DNA from: Candidatus Obscuribacteraceae bacterium
GTDB lineage: Bacteria; Cyanobacteriota; Vampirovibrionia; Obscuribacterales; Obscuribacteraceae
NCBI GenBank assembly: GCA_044226015.1
Contig: JBGAHS010000001.1
Location: 1,322,611 to 1,386,610 of the forward strand
Direction of reading: 5' to 3'
Length of the DNA stretch: 64,000 bases
Within the stretch, counting starts at the first letter, position 1, and each line of letters starts with the position of its first letter. Below, in pieces: positions 24,401 through 32,337 of this stretch. Under the pieces are notes generated by a model. It did not search any database, was not told where the DNA came from, and was given only the letters and a program-made list of their open reading frames with translations. Both the position numbers and the translations under genes were made by a program.

Positions 24401-27400
24401 AATTGATGGAAATTTCGCCGGGGTGAGTTCTGTCAATTTGAGTTCTCTTTCTGGGGCGATTGGTTCTTTCGGCGCAGTGACTTCGACTCCGCAGTTGACT
24501 GTGAGCACAAGTGGATCTGTCAAAGTCACGAACACCTCAGCCGGTGTGCTCTCTCTCATCGAAGGTGCGAAGACTCCTTCAAGTCTCAACGTGAGCAGTG
24601 ACAACGGAGTATCTGCCAGCGGATTGAAGTCGGCTACGCTCGTTGTTGATGGGCAGAACGGGGCGGTCACGCTCAGCTCGATAGCAGCCACGACCTTGAC
24701 CGTTAACTCTCTTGTTTCTGCAACGATCACCGATACAGCAAGTACTGTAAATCTGAAAGCTAGTTCGGCGACAGGCGGCAAGTTCTCATTGACTCTGCCA
24801 TCTGGCGCACTGACAGTTTCGGGTGTTTTGAACGCGAAGTCGGTCAATTTTGATGCCTCTGGCACTGCAACGATTAACGCGGCTGTGAATGCTGGTGATT
24901 CAATCAGCGTGAAGGCTAGTTCCATCACTTTAGCTGCTGCTCTGACTGCTGCAAATCCTGGTTCTACGATCTCACTTCATTCACTTGCAGGTCTCGGGGA
25001 TGGGCAGGCGAGCAAGGTGAGTGCTGAGAACATCAGCCTTGTCTCTACTGGTGGTACCGTCAATTTGACTGTTCCAATTAATGCTGCTCAGTCGATCGTT
25101 CTTAAAGGAGCCACTGGCGTCAGTAGTTCTGGTGTTTTGAATTCTCCAAGTTTGCTTGTGGATAGCAGCTCTGGTGCGGTGAGCGTCACAAGCACGAATG
25201 CCAGCGATCTCACTGTCACTTCTGCAGGCGCTGCAATAGTTTCCGACACACATTCAGGTGCTGTTAATCTGAGTTCCGGCAATACTGGTTCTCTGAGTGT
25301 GCTTTTGACTGGGGCTGCTTCCAGCCTCGTTCTTGTGGGACCGATTAATTCCAGCGGCGCCATAACCTTGAATGTGCTAAACGGAGGGATAAGTCAATTT
25401 GATTCGGCCGCTACTTTAAAAGCGACTTCAGTGCAGCTTAGTTCTGGGACCGCTGTGACGCTAAATGCAAATGTACAAGCTAATTCAGTGAGCATCACTT
25501 CGTTTAATTCAATAGGTGATGCTGGGCTGTCCTTCATCAGCACGCCAGCTTTGAGCTTGAAGTCTACTGGTGGAAACATTTCATTGAATGCGAATCTTAC
25601 TGCAAGTTCAAGTATCAGTTTGACTGGCTCTACAGGGGTTACGAGCACTGGAAAACTATCTACAGCTTCGTTAACGCTGAGCAGCGGTTCGACGATCAAT
25701 GTGCAGGATACGGATGCGGGTGTCGTGGTCGCCACTGGTGTGGGTAAGGTTGACCTGACGCTAAATGCGTTGAGCACTAATTTGACGGCAAATTCTTCGG
25801 GTGACGCAGTCAATGTGCTAGCAAATGGAAATGTGCAAGTGCAGAGTGCTGGACCTACTACCAATGGTGCGCTGCTTTCTTACACTGTAAGCACTAACCC
25901 TAATGTAAACGGCGATGGAAAAATTACAATTGCTGGTGATATCAATGCAAATCAGGTCACTTTGCAGTCTTCTGAATCTGGCGTGGGTGGTAAAGGCGGC
26001 ATCGCCTGGACTTCCGGTGTGCTAGTCGCTCCTGTGGTCGTCCTGAAGGATGGCGCTAGTGGCACTGGAACCGCCGACATAGGTTCTCTGGCGCTGCCGA
26101 TCAGCACATCTACTGGTTCTTTGACCACCCTGACTAAGGGTGACGTTTATGTGTCTGATTCATCCGCTGGAAATTTGCAGCTTGTTTCAAATACATCGAA
26201 TAAGCTCAGTGTGAGCAGCACTGGCTCGATTGAGATTGTGGCAAATCCAGATGCTAACTATATAAAGTTGGTAGCTGCATCGAAGGTTAGCCTTTCCAAT
26301 GATTTATCAGCAAATGCTGATGTTAGCAATGGAATTGGTGGCAGTATCTTAATTACTGCTGACTCACTTGAGAATAAGAGTGCTGGAACCCTAAAGCTGA
26401 GTGCCGATGGCAGTGGAAATGGGGCTGGCGGCAAATTAGACCTCAATCTCAACTCTGTGAGCTCTCCGAATGACGGGTCCCTGATGCTTAGTGCCAATGG
26501 CTCCGGTTCTGGTGATGGTGGCTCTGTCAACCTGACGAGTGCAGCTGGTTCGCTGAGTCTTGATTCAGGAAAAGGCTCAATAATTATAGCCGCACACGGG
26601 CAAAATGGTGGCAGCATCTCTGTTTCAGCAGGACTGAATCTGACGGTTGATCTGACAAATGTCTCTGTCACAGCGGGCACTAATGGTAACGGTGGCAACA
26701 TATCGTTTAGTGCTGGTTCCAGTTTGAATTTCACAAATAACTCGCAGATCTCAGCAGATGGCGATGGCACCGGTGCTGGTGGCTCTATCGTCTTGTCTGC
26801 GGATCAATTGACCTATGCTGGAATTGGAGCCAGTCCGCTTAAGCTCACTGCAAATGCCGGGCAGCCTACCGGTGTCGCGGGCAAAATCAGTGTTTCTGTG
26901 AATAAATCTGATCTGGTGCTGACGAAGAATCATCAAACGCTATACAGTGGAATCGAAATTTACGCAGAAGCCAAAGGGACTGGCAAAGTCGATACATTGA
27001 ACAAGCTGGCGTTGAATGGTGTGAGTTTTGCTACTAAGTCGAACATCGCTGTCTATCAGGATGGTATTGATTTGAGCCATTTGGCTGCTAACGGAAATGG
27101 TGGCAATGCGATTCTGGATGCCGGTAGTAAGGTTATATTCAATGGCACTAACACACCTACTTTCAGTGGTGGTTCAGCGACGGTGGCGACCAATGGGGTC
27201 GGTTCTGGTTCTGGTGGCTTGCTTGCTATCTACGCGGTTGATGGTGTCGATTATGCTGGTGCAGGGTCTGCTCCGCTTACGCTCAGCGCCAATGGTGGTC
27301 TGACAGGTAGTGGTGGCATCGTCATATTTGAGACCAACAAGTTGTCCAATCTTCAGGTGGGTACTGTCGCTACGAGCAATGTGCAGATTTCTGCTACAGG

Positions 27401-30400
27401 CGGGTCACTGAACAATGCTGCAATAGCAAACGGTGGTGTCATTGTCATTCAGAATGGCGGGTCACTGAATGTCACGGCGGGAGGCGTCAAGGCTGGTCCG
27501 TTGGGGCTCAATGGTAATGGCGCTACTTATGTTCTCAAAGCCGGATTCTATAAAGACGTTGTGACGCAAGGTTCGGGTAGTGGTACTTCGAATCTTGCTG
27601 TTGGCTTCGCTTTGACAGCTAACGGCGTGGGGTCTGGCAGTGGGGGGAGCATCTCACTGGGATCCGATAGTTCGACGCCGATGAATATGGGGTTGACTAA
27701 GAGCAATTTTAATGGTGTCGCTGGACTTGTTTCTGTGTTAAAAGGCAAGACCAGTACGGGTGCAAATGGATCCCTTTCCTTTGATAACGGCAGTGGATCA
27801 GTTGTATTGACCGGTTCTTATACAGCCATTGCCAATGCCTCCATAAGTGCTTTCACCGATGTAAGTCTGGGCGGTTCGCTCGGTATTACAACAAGCAAGA
27901 CGGCTATTCAGAACACGAGTGTGATCTCACTTCTGTCGCAAACGGGTAGTGTGTTGAGCAAAGGCACAGTCAGCGCAAGCAACATAGCTCTTAACGCCGG
28001 AGCGGGATCAGGCACCATTGGCACGCCGACGGCCGCCTTCAAGATCGCAAGCGGTCTCTTGACACCGGTCGCTTTATCGGCGAAGGCTGGTGGCACAGTG
28101 AACATCAGCAATACAGGTACTGGTCCTATGACTCTGGGCAGCTACGGTGCAGTCGGTCTCTCGGGTGCGGGGACTTCATTCATAGTCAGTACTGCTGGTA
28201 GTCTGCAAACAAACAGCAACATTTCAAACACTGCGGGTGGTGCCGTTCTCAGTACCATATCACTAAAGGCAACCGGCAACATAACGCTTGGTGGCGGGCT
28301 GTCGACTGGAACCACGAGTGCCGGAACAATCAATCTGACCGGTACAGCAGCTGTCGTAAATGCTAGTTCAAGTGGTACGGACCGCATCGACACGGCGAAC
28401 TTGAACATTAATGCTGGTGCGAAGGGAACAGTCGGAGCGCTCGGAAATCCGTTGAGAGTGACCAACCTGGTGAACCTCTCCTCGTTAGCGAAGGGATCTG
28501 TGTATATTAGCAATGCTGGCACTTCTGCGCTCACATTGACGAAGCTTGATTCTGCCGGTCAACTCGATTTAACCACTGCTGGTGCGCTCACCGTGAAGAG
28601 TGCAAACACAACAGTGACTGGAATCAACTTGAATGCTGGCGGAGACGTAACCTTCTCTGCGGCTATTGGGTCTTCCACAAAGACTACATCAGTAAATGTT
28701 GTTAGCACTGCTGGAAGCATCAAGAGTTTCAGCAGCTCAAGCATCCTGTCGGGTAAGAACATTGTTTTGAGCAGCAACAACAGTATAGGTCTTCTGGGCG
28801 TGACTCCGGCACCATTTTACTTTAACGCTGGTGCAAGCTTGAAGATGACTGCTCCGGGGCTAGTGAACGCTGTCAATAAAGGTAGTACTGCGGCGAGTCT
28901 GCTTAGTTCCACCCTTGGTGCTACGCTTGATTTGAGTTCCAGCGCTGGAAGCCTAACTATTCCTTCGACTGAGCTGATCAGCGTTTCTCAAGCTGTGAAA
29001 GTCACTGCTAAGTCTTTCCAAATCGATGGGAAAATGAGCAGCTCTGCAGCCGTGAGTCTTATAGCTGTGGGGGCTGGAAACGTGCTTGGAGCTGCCACGG
29101 GGTCTCTTGTATCTCCTGTCAGTGTCAGTCTGAGTAGCACTTCGGGCTCGATTGGCAGCAGCACTGCTGCTGTTCAAGTTGATGCACCGTCGGTGACACT
29201 ATCCACTACAGGACTGATCAACGCTAAGAGCATCAATGTGGCTCCGGTTAATCTCTTGTTCGGAGCTGCTAAAGCCGCGAAGACAGTGAACTTTACTGCG
29301 GCTGGCGATATCAACGTTGCTAGCGCTATCACTACTGCTGCTACAGGTTTCACGCTGACCAGTACCGGTGGCAACATCAATCTCGGCGCCAATATCGTGG
29401 CGTCGAGTGCTGGCACTATGACTCTGAGTGCCAGCTCTATCACTCAGACGGCAGGCATTTTGCAAGGTGGAACGCTGAGCCTGACAGCTACAAGTGCTGA
29501 TGTGAAAGGCGCAGCTGGAAGTCTGAACGTTAATGCTGCTAAGGGGCTCGGAGGATCCGCTGCGTTGGGAACTTTCGATGTAAACAATACTGGAACTGCA
29601 ATTCTCTCCTTGCTTCCAAGTTCAGCTGGAACCTTCAAGCTATCTTCGGCTTCTTCTGTTGTTATTTCAGGGGCTGTGCTCGCAACGAATTCACTGTCGA
29701 TTACGACGAGTGGGTCGGCTCACAATATCACAGACAAGGTTGGAACTGAGATTTTGCAGGCTAGCCAGGTCACGTTGTTTGCTAGTGGTGCCAATAGTTC
29801 GATTGGAACAAGCAAAGTTGGTGTCGCGGTTATGACTGCGGATCTGACAGCGAACACTGCGAGTACTGGAACCGGTCTTGTGAATTTGAACAGTTCATTT
29901 GCGGGTTCGATGCAATTGAATCCATCCAGTTCGGCTAGCTCTTTTACGCTGAAGACTGCCAGCGATACTGTTCTGAACAACATATCGGCGGGCAATGGCA
30001 GCCTCCTTGTCACGGCCAGCGGCGGAACATTGTCTACAAATTCTGGTGCGGTGTTATCTGCAAAGAACGGTGCTTTGACCTTGAACAATACGAACCTTGT
30101 CAATGGCAAAATTGTCATTCAGGACGGTTCGCAGATCACGACTTCTGGTAAGTCTGGACTTAACGTCAGCATGATCATAGGGGCTACAACAACTGTTGCT
30201 GGCACGCCGGCCGCGGGCGTGAATTACAAAGTTAATGGTGCTTCTGTGACACCGCCGTTGCCACCGAACACCTTCTTCTTTGGCAATAAGGGTATTTCGA
30301 CTACAAGTCCTTCGACTATTGATCTATCAGTGCTTGGTGGTGCCAAAGTGATCTTCAACACTGATAACAGTGTGCTTGGTGCTTCTGCAATTACTGTTGT

Positions 30401-31730
30401 CGGAAGTTCATCGGGACCGCACACATTTATCCAGGCGGATCCTCCTGTGGTGACAGGGTCCAGCGGTGTACTGCGAAGCACCTTTCCAATTGTGGCAGTT
30501 ACGCAGGACGTGGGGGCGCCGGTGGTCGCATCGCAGGGCGTGGCTCCGCAGATTGCGACTGCGCTTCCGGGTCTGGCAGCGGTTCAGGGCGTGGCTGCGC
30601 TTCAGGGTGCGGGGGCGCTTCATGGTGTGGCTGCGCTTCAGGGTGTGGTTGTGCTTCATGGCGTGGGGGCGCTTCAGGGTGTGGCTGCGCTTCAGGGTGT
30701 GGCTGCGCTTCAGGGTGTGGCTGCGCTTCAGGGTGCGGCTGCGCTTCAGGGCGTCGGGGGGTTCATGTACAGCGGCACTCAGAGTGCTACTTTGACGAAT
30801 GTGTCGTCAGGATCATTGTTTGCCGACACATCATTCGCCACCCGAATGACTGCCACCGGAAGTGGTGCCAGTCTCGTGGCGACCGAAGGGGTCGACGGCG
30901 TCAGCGTCCGTGGGGCAACTTATGTGCCTACTCTCGTCGCTGACAACGGAGCTGTATTCGGACTCGAAACAGAACTTGAGGACGGAAGTTTACCGGCGCA
31001 GTTGATATCTGACAGAGACATGGGACTTCTCTGCGCTGAAACAGAAACGCGTGCTGTTTCCTTGGCCGATTCAGCTGAGCTACAAAAAATCGCATCTGCG
31101 GGTCCGCTGACTTCAGGCATTTCAATGAAGCCCAAGGTTGCACCGCTGACTGCAGGCATTTCGATGAATCGCAAGGTTGCAGTGCATTCTTCGTCTCTTA
31201 CCCGCGAGCTTCAATTACCCAAGGGCTCAATATTACTTGCTCCAACATCCGAAAGTGTCGTAAACACGCCTTCTGGGCGTGTCCATGTCGCTGCCGGAGC
31301 GCTTGCGCTGATAATATCAGTTGAGGATGGTTTGGCGGTCTACGATCTTGACGATCAGCATTCTGCTTCAGTAAAAGTGGTAACTGCTAAGGGGCAACAT
31401 TTCCAGTTGAATCCTGGCATGAGTGTGGTTTTGTCGCGGGCAAACGTCAGAGCTTTTGATGAAGTGAATCCAGCGCAGTCGATTGCGTATCGCGAAATTC
31501 AAAGGCATACCACGGGGGGAGAGTTTGTTGCTTTCACCGCTGAATTCTCTGTTCCTTCTGCAATGAGAGCTGTGGTTCCGTTGAGGAAGTTGCTGGAATC
31601 TAAGCATCCTATGGCAAAGCGATTGGCATTCCACTTGCTCAAGACGACTGCCGCTAATCAACAAGTTCATAGCAGAGGCGGTGGCTTCCAACTCATTCCT
31701 CGCAAAGCAACTACAGCTTGGGTGCGTTAG
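12432..31730 (+). CDS. Giant (6432 aa) secreted haemagglutinin/adhesin-like beta-repeat protein
   Basis: Uninterrupted 19.3 kb ORF with a signal peptide. S/T/G/A/N-rich degenerate beta-helix-type repeats (e.g. LTSGSGDIG...TPSLTLxTTG) are followed by a distinct globular C-terminal domain. Confidence 0.85.
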   Translation: MTSPSRTSWKPLLSLFCLLSGQVAYGQNVPIPSSSSNTASQAGRGMRPGMVNTSGATAIVSGHRPVNLDLSSSSATISAAGLVPNGNVSINVGNSTQIVTPMSMLTPAEMLAVYQVVNSGAQSILVGSTGTAVGGSLDIGAQLSHNINSLVIPKGVSAVTNVANSSGLSISGNLVNAGSLLAVSDNAAVKTAQISANNIYNNPNALISTVVPQGGVAGYNNLVSNLNLNLNAANNVVNNGTISSAGNLSISAAGTISNTVALDSSIAVSTTTPSLLAVGDISLVSGSGNLLNSGLIQAGGSVNVATKDPSTNLAINNTGGLIQALGTTAGDLSGMINIREHDYSASASTLLVGGDWDSKQLNVNGGQGEVFANVENVSGKLNTNAGIAHVYAETPNLTIGECTISGDPTYVNSGGNVTISGTLAEAESLAIIASGNILAASGVASKIVNSDGVRGYDVYLIAGAKVTITNCTGCSNSAGGITVPTGKVTAGFVQVATGGTGGKIDLTTGNTLSSGSIIDTSGTTARGGDVYLIALGGTSGTISYPTGTSINTGAGVDKSTDGKVFIFAGSTAGTSNLGGIVTTSGVGPNTLQGGIDIRTAAPVFSGGAGACGTCISFDSTGVQSGSIGNGTASNGNINLNGNVVTRNGASILATIGTGTLTTIGTLTTGLNQLGAGGLVVTGPVTGGITYSGSGSPSILANVNGAVDLTTSAGSVTIGDATHPVTITGNLSVNSANATTLGKSASIQSTNVSIISKSLSVDASASISGTNSVYFKGASVSIGSGTGLLITSAVLGQITTNNLMVDSNTSITVNANLNTSGTGAGAYNLYFNALSTTFTTGTNTVTLGNKTLDVNSVGALTIGNITAGDTTINLTSSGGAVNPSTITAGKSTVTITAATTVPLKGVSLDTTSGSLAVHSSAAGVQAISQSAGNLSAGFIDLQVHNSTAGSNIGTAAAPILISSANSFVSSNVAGASSSAFIRNTSGGVMNFQSSGGLNSGSTTLTVTGAGSINFSGDVLGAALKATTGSGTITASNSTLIVAGTTVTLTSTSADIGSVGTPINVRTTGSGNTITADTTGSVFLNVTNSVLPKFASTSTFANLTLTTDGFIETSTALAATNALSISTLGGNINMDLSLSAKTVFLSTGGGNLNQAAGTVTGSTSVAIEGNSIVQVKTATPSLLLRGVSGDINVVNTGVVTVSSSGSGANDGVSVSNNNNITVSGSLIGNTGSNAQPFAFQTTANNGNIIFNADVKGAPGITALTNGTGTVTVATGVTLQSPGKISLGAASVNLNGTAKVDSATSVQVYPNVAGTSIGINGGAGTFAVPASLISKFTTPQLIIGSQSVGSGAVTQSGSLTIDKSGYSTYELQIVTNGTYNGVGSTTTLTGDHDTFTVNSVQKADIGTINGTGTAGGVVNITASGVTIQALGFSLLGTASATITANGLSGNIAKSATTPGILTVPFLTLAATGTTSNITGLSISTTSLTTSTSSGNVSLTNTSSGTTLGIANTNVTGTFSVTSDGPVFLSFNQQASVSYSLTTTGAITANSIGAKIVSPNISLTTTTKSPITINNAANQLLQASTSLNLSSAGGDIDVLSATPSVKVDTSGNANVSNATAGTLTLTSGGATFNKLTVAADHGLTIGSALTAAGDITFTTANNGGVVVNGGNVTSNLGNVFITANGTGTINLSKVVSSLTKDVTLTSGTLTAFTGTGAVSAAAGTVFYIPTAGTTVGVAGGAGTYAVLAAQLSASTAKTVQIGDNASGNINSGSFTLNTSGAGSFDIKLKTAGTFTAAAATTINLQSHNMNIDAKGALSIGTVSGTGSALTMNADSITMTKNIGLGTSSSATLSANSGAIANTGFTLTAASVSVTAGTNIGAGSGSPLTISSSSLSYFAAGNSDINNTSGSTLTVSGIASANNSTLKSNSSIVTTTDLSANSLSVVSTSGGISFGGNITGADVVLTASAANSISKTGAFTITGTNTISLTSGSGDIGAITTDTPSLTLTSTGKVDITNNSASLNLVTSGNYASFSVSTAGNLSTSTTISSLGNLSLTTQNAGNISFSNSLSAGGLLSLVADTTGKITQSGSGLVSGSSSISATSGSGDITFTAINGSVSAKTTGSLSMTAVSGALSLSSGGATFTNVSLTDSFGLGISTANVITASGSFNISGAGMVSIADSVDAGTITLNAGTLSLASLTSPKALKASTVSLTSNSSLTVDGSMINSPSLTLSSLSGGITLTNSNSTTLSATASGAVSLTSTATGGTVTLGSGSSSASTFKLTLSGTNESLIIAGPVGGTFVDMTVNSGSITQQAGADITGINSVTLKAPSGGISFGASVKATSGTGTVSITAKNSLTDASVSALSANTLSLTSTSGNISLTSSGLTGKGGLTLDGATGVLSTGGLLDTAVLTLKGGSGSVTVSDTNASLITATASGDISVSDSVSGTVNISDSSSTSGNLSVTATGVADIQVLTNLSAGKDLTLQAMNGSTSGFGDLTAGANVNLIAGNGTVFVGTKASGVGVFITASGQLTDVALSNIVASQSIGLTSTGADILLTGPLSAATSITLSGATGVSTSSTISTGTLNLAGGGVITIPQTTASTITVSGTASVIVTDQNASSVTLGAVSAGSFTLTLPNAKTFDLNGAISAGTVSLTFNNANLTQSSGSLGATSSLSLISSSGNVGTVGASINTSSPIINLNVPNTVNISNKTAGTLIVNSSATLANLLVSTDHTLDMGTNLTSTGVLTLTSTANGGSIAISKDVSGAVVTISANGAGTISGAGTISASTNLTLSSGSGDIGTVGTPLKTSTNQILGLGTTGSAYLSNSIGSGSFFVSFSVPTLMNLTMVSDRDITTGSAITVTNALSVSTTANNAGILIGANTSAATATLSANGSGTVIVASGSTLSGSTSIDLKSSSGDIRGTAALAAAGLATPSLSLDTTGNVIISNTFAGNFQLFNSAATFTSFSVATSQSLTTQNAIKAGGGITLSSGNNGSISLSGALTASNISLSANGSGAIVAAANLLTASSQITLTSGSGSISASNLNTPSLLLGSTGDVNVNNSSVGILNLGSTGTKFNNLQVQTSNGLTTTSSIQSAGNLTLASTAGSILIGAALSGGAVSLTTGSGSINAGSNVVTGSTSVSFVTSDGAVGDSSVMNVNTASLSFVNLGTTGMFANVSVSATPAVAVTFTKFSNLTLAADHSINGLNSPIAVGTIKMSTANNGSITLAGALADVIQLNANGSGGITASSNLTATSSISLSSGTGDISSISTSTTKLTVNTSGSASVQNSSPGTLTFASSSTFTNLDLQTDHDLFVSTSVSSSGNLVLMTTANSGSIDLASTASGKNVTITASTAGNLTAAGSISGSSTVSLSSGSGSIGTKITAINTATPDLTLNTTGDSFIANTTAAGLKLSVGGSTMNSLTVNSNHGITSGATLKATQISLSAGNAGDITVNTSTQSLTFSTTGSVTATNIGAGSLDLTVALVPINLNVSTNHDLNTLGAISANGTVNLSTILNGGSIALGADLSGTNVTLQADGAGTITSAGKVTATGTLTLSSVSGDIGGAGLSTSAPIMVLNTSGSAKISNNTSAGLSLSSSSTFSNLTLSTNHALTVGSSLFSVGLLQLSTANGGNISVGGNISGGTTSLSAGGAGTLTASGAFFVSGSSINLSSGSGLIDLSTKTTDLTVGTTGAVTLKNTITVSPLNLSSGGSTFSSLTVSNDSDINTSNVINATGLISLSTTNSGGINLADSLTGGSVALNANSSGAIKQTAGSISAATVSLVSGSGAIQNIATQTPALTVGSTGNVSVQNTTAGLLSLSSTGTNFASLDIKTNHDLSTSTSLSTVGTLSLSTANGGGITFNADASGANLNVVANGLGAIQTKTNTLTGVSSVTLTSGSGDVTVNLKASNLFIDTTGNVNITNTGNPIGTNLAVHNSGGTFASFNVKANQSLTLVEALSSTGAVVLNSSNNGDVSTLNKVSGSSVQVTADGLGKIDGNFAGVSSVNLSSLSGAIGSFGAVTSTPQLTVSTSGSVKVTNTSAGVLSLIEGAKTPSSLNVSSDNGVSASGLKSATLVVDGQNGAVTLSSIAATTLTVNSLVSATITDTASTVNLKASSATGGKFSLTLPSGALTVSGVLNAKSVNFDASGTATINAAVNAGDSISVKASSITLAAALTAANPGSTISLHSLAGLGDGQASKVSAENISLVSTGGTVNLTVPINAAQSIVLKGATGVSSSGVLNSPSLLVDSSSGAVSVTSTNASDLTVTSAGAAIVSDTHSGAVNLSSGNTGSLSVLLTGAASSLVLVGPINSSGAITLNVLNGGISQFDSAATLKATSVQLSSGTAVTLNANVQANSVSITSFNSIGDAGLSFISTPALSLKSTGGNISLNANLTASSSISLTGSTGVTSTGKLSTASLTLSSGSTINVQDTDAGVVVATGVGKVDLTLNALSTNLTANSSGDAVNVLANGNVQVQSAGPTTNGALLSYTVSTNPNVNGDGKITIAGDINANQVTLQSSESGVGGKGGIAWTSGVLVAPVVVLKDGASGTGTADIGSLALPISTSTGSLTTLTKGDVYVSDSSAGNLQLVSNTSNKLSVSSTGSIEIVANPDANYIKLVAASKVSLSNDLSANADVSNGIGGSILITADSLENKSAGTLKLSADGSGNGAGGKLDLNLNSVSSPNDGSLMLSANGSGSGDGGSVNLTSAAGSLSLDSGKGSIIIAAHGQNGGSISVSAGLNLTVDLTNVSVTAGTNGNGGNISFSAGSSLNFTNNSQISADGDGTGAGGSIVLSADQLTYAGIGASPLKLTANAGQPTGVAGKISVSVNKSDLVLTKNHQTLYSGIEIYAEAKGTGKVDTLNKLALNGVSFATKSNIAVYQDGIDLSHLAANGNGGNAILDAGSKVIFNGTNTPTFSGGSATVATNGVGSGSGGLLAIYAVDGVDYAGAGSAPLTLSANGGLTGSGGIVIFETNKLSNLQVGTVATSNVQISATGGSLNNAAIANGGVIVIQNGGSLNVTAGGVKAGPLGLNGNGATYVLKAGFYKDVVTQGSGSGTSNLAVGFALTANGVGSGSGGSISLGSDSSTPMNMGLTKSNFNGVAGLVSVLKGKTSTGANGSLSFDNGSGSVVLTGSYTAIANASISAFTDVSLGGSLGITTSKTAIQNTSVISLLSQTGSVLSKGTVSASNIALNAGAGSGTIGTPTAAFKIASGLLTPVALSAKAGGTVNISNTGTGPMTLGSYGAVGLSGAGTSFIVSTAGSLQTNSNISNTAGGAVLSTISLKATGNITLGGGLSTGTTSAGTINLTGTAAVVNASSSGTDRIDTANLNINAGAKGTVGALGNPLRVTNLVNLSSLAKGSVYISNAGTSALTLTKLDSAGQLDLTTAGALTVKSANTTVTGINLNAGGDVTFSAAIGSSTKTTSVNVVSTAGSIKSFSSSSILSGKNIVLSSNNSIGLLGVTPAPFYFNAGASLKMTAPGLVNAVNKGSTAASLLSSTLGATLDLSSSAGSLTIPSTELISVSQAVKVTAKSFQIDGKMSSSAAVSLIAVGAGNVLGAATGSLVSPVSVSLSSTSGSIGSSTAAVQVDAPSVTLSTTGLINAKSINVAPVNLLFGAAKAAKTVNFTAAGDINVASAITTAATGFTLTSTGGNINLGANIVASSAGTMTLSASSITQTAGILQGGTLSLTATSADVKGAAGSLNVNAAKGLGGSAALGTFDVNNTGTAILSLLPSSAGTFKLSSASSVVISGAVLATNSLSITTSGSAHNITDKVGTEILQASQVTLFASGANSSIGTSKVGVAVMTADLTANTASTGTGLVNLNSSFAGSMQLNPSSSASSFTLKTASDTVLNNISAGNGSLLVTASGGTLSTNSGAVLSAKNGALTLNNTNLVNGKIVIQDGSQITTSGKSGLNVSMIIGATTTVAGTPAAGVNYKVNGASVTPPLPPNTFFFGNKGISTTSPSTIDLSVLGGAKVIFNTDNSVLGASAITVVGSSSGPHTFIQADPPVVTGSSGVLRSTFPIVAVTQDVGAPVVASQGVAPQIATALPGLAAVQGVAALQGAGALHGVAALQGVVVLHGVGALQGVAALQGVAALQGVAALQGAAALQGVGGFMYSGTQSATLTNVSSGSLFADTSFATRMTATGSGASLVATEGVDGVSVRGATYVPTLVADNGAVFGLETELEDGSLPAQLISDRDMGLLCAETETRAVSLADSAELQKIASAGPLTSGISMKPKVAPLTAGISMNRKVAVHSSSLTRELQLPKGSILLAPTSESVVNTPSGRVHVAAGALALIISVEDGLAVYDLDDQHSASVKVVTAKGQHFQLNPGMSVVLSRANVRAFDEVNPAQSIAYREIQRHTTGGEFVAFTAEFSVPSAMRAVVPLRKLLESKHPMAKRLAFHLLKTTAANQQVHSRGGGFQLIPRKATTAWVR
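30585..30755 (+). repeat. In-frame 18-bp tandem repeat encoding (GVAALQ)n, about 9 copies
   Basis: CAGGGTGTGGCTGCGCTT units are visible directly. Confidence 0.95.
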
Positions 31731-31809
31731 AGGTTTGCCGAGATGGAGATATTTTGATACGAGTCTTCCCTGTCGTTTGGACGCCTGATCTCCGTTTCTA
31801 CAACACCGC

Positions 31810-32045
31810 AAATTCGGATCGATACCGATCGAGTTACGAAATTGGATCGATACCGATTGAGTAGCAAGAATATCTGTGCCTTCAGAAGCGAAGATTTTCC
31901 TTAGGCTGGATGGAGTTGTTGAAAACGCAAATTTGGATCGATACCGATCGGGTTGCGAATTTGGATCGATACCGATTGAGTAAGATTATCTGTGCCTTCA
32001 GAAGCGAAGATTTTCCTTAGGCTGGATGGAGTTGTTGAAAACACG
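31810..32045 (+). repeat. 119-bp direct duplication, each copy with two GGATCGATACCGAT cores 28 bp apart
   Basis: Cores start at 31816/31844 and 31935/31963. The block ATCTGTGCCTTCAGAAGCGAAGATTTTCCTTAGGCTGGATGGAGTTGTTGAAAAC is present twice. Confidence 0.9.
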
Positions 32046-32056
32046 AATTGCATGCG

Positions 32057-32113
32057 GTTGAGATGCAGTTGAGATGCAGTTGAGATGCAGTTGAGATGCA
32101 GTTGAGATGCAGT
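32057..32113. repeat. 11-bp tandem repeat (GTTGAGATGCA) x5
   Basis: Five perfect copies. Confidence 0.95.
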
Positions 32114-32220
32114 GTAACCGTAGGGGTGAACGGTTTTGCCAATAGCTTGCAATCCGATGGTGTAAGCCACCCGGCGGAGCGCCCACCCAGATCACTAGCA
32201 TGTGGCGGCTTGCTCCGTGG

Positions 32221-32324
32221 CGTCCAGTTCCGTCCAGTTCCGTCCAGTTCCAGTTCCGTCCAGTTCCGTCCAGTTCCAGTTCCGTCCAGTTCCGTCCAGT
32301 TCCGTCCAGTTCCGTCCAGTTCCG
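32221..32324. repeat. 10-bp tandem repeat (CGTCCAGTTC), 9 full and 2 truncated copies
   Basis: Visible directly, just downstream of the stop of the single-domain response regulator. Confidence 0.95.
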
Positions 32325-32337
32325 CAGAGGTTTAAAG

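Noticed and set aside
12651..31811. Many minus-strand ORFs inside the giant gene
   Set aside because: These are antisense shadows caused by codon bias and have no independent motifs.
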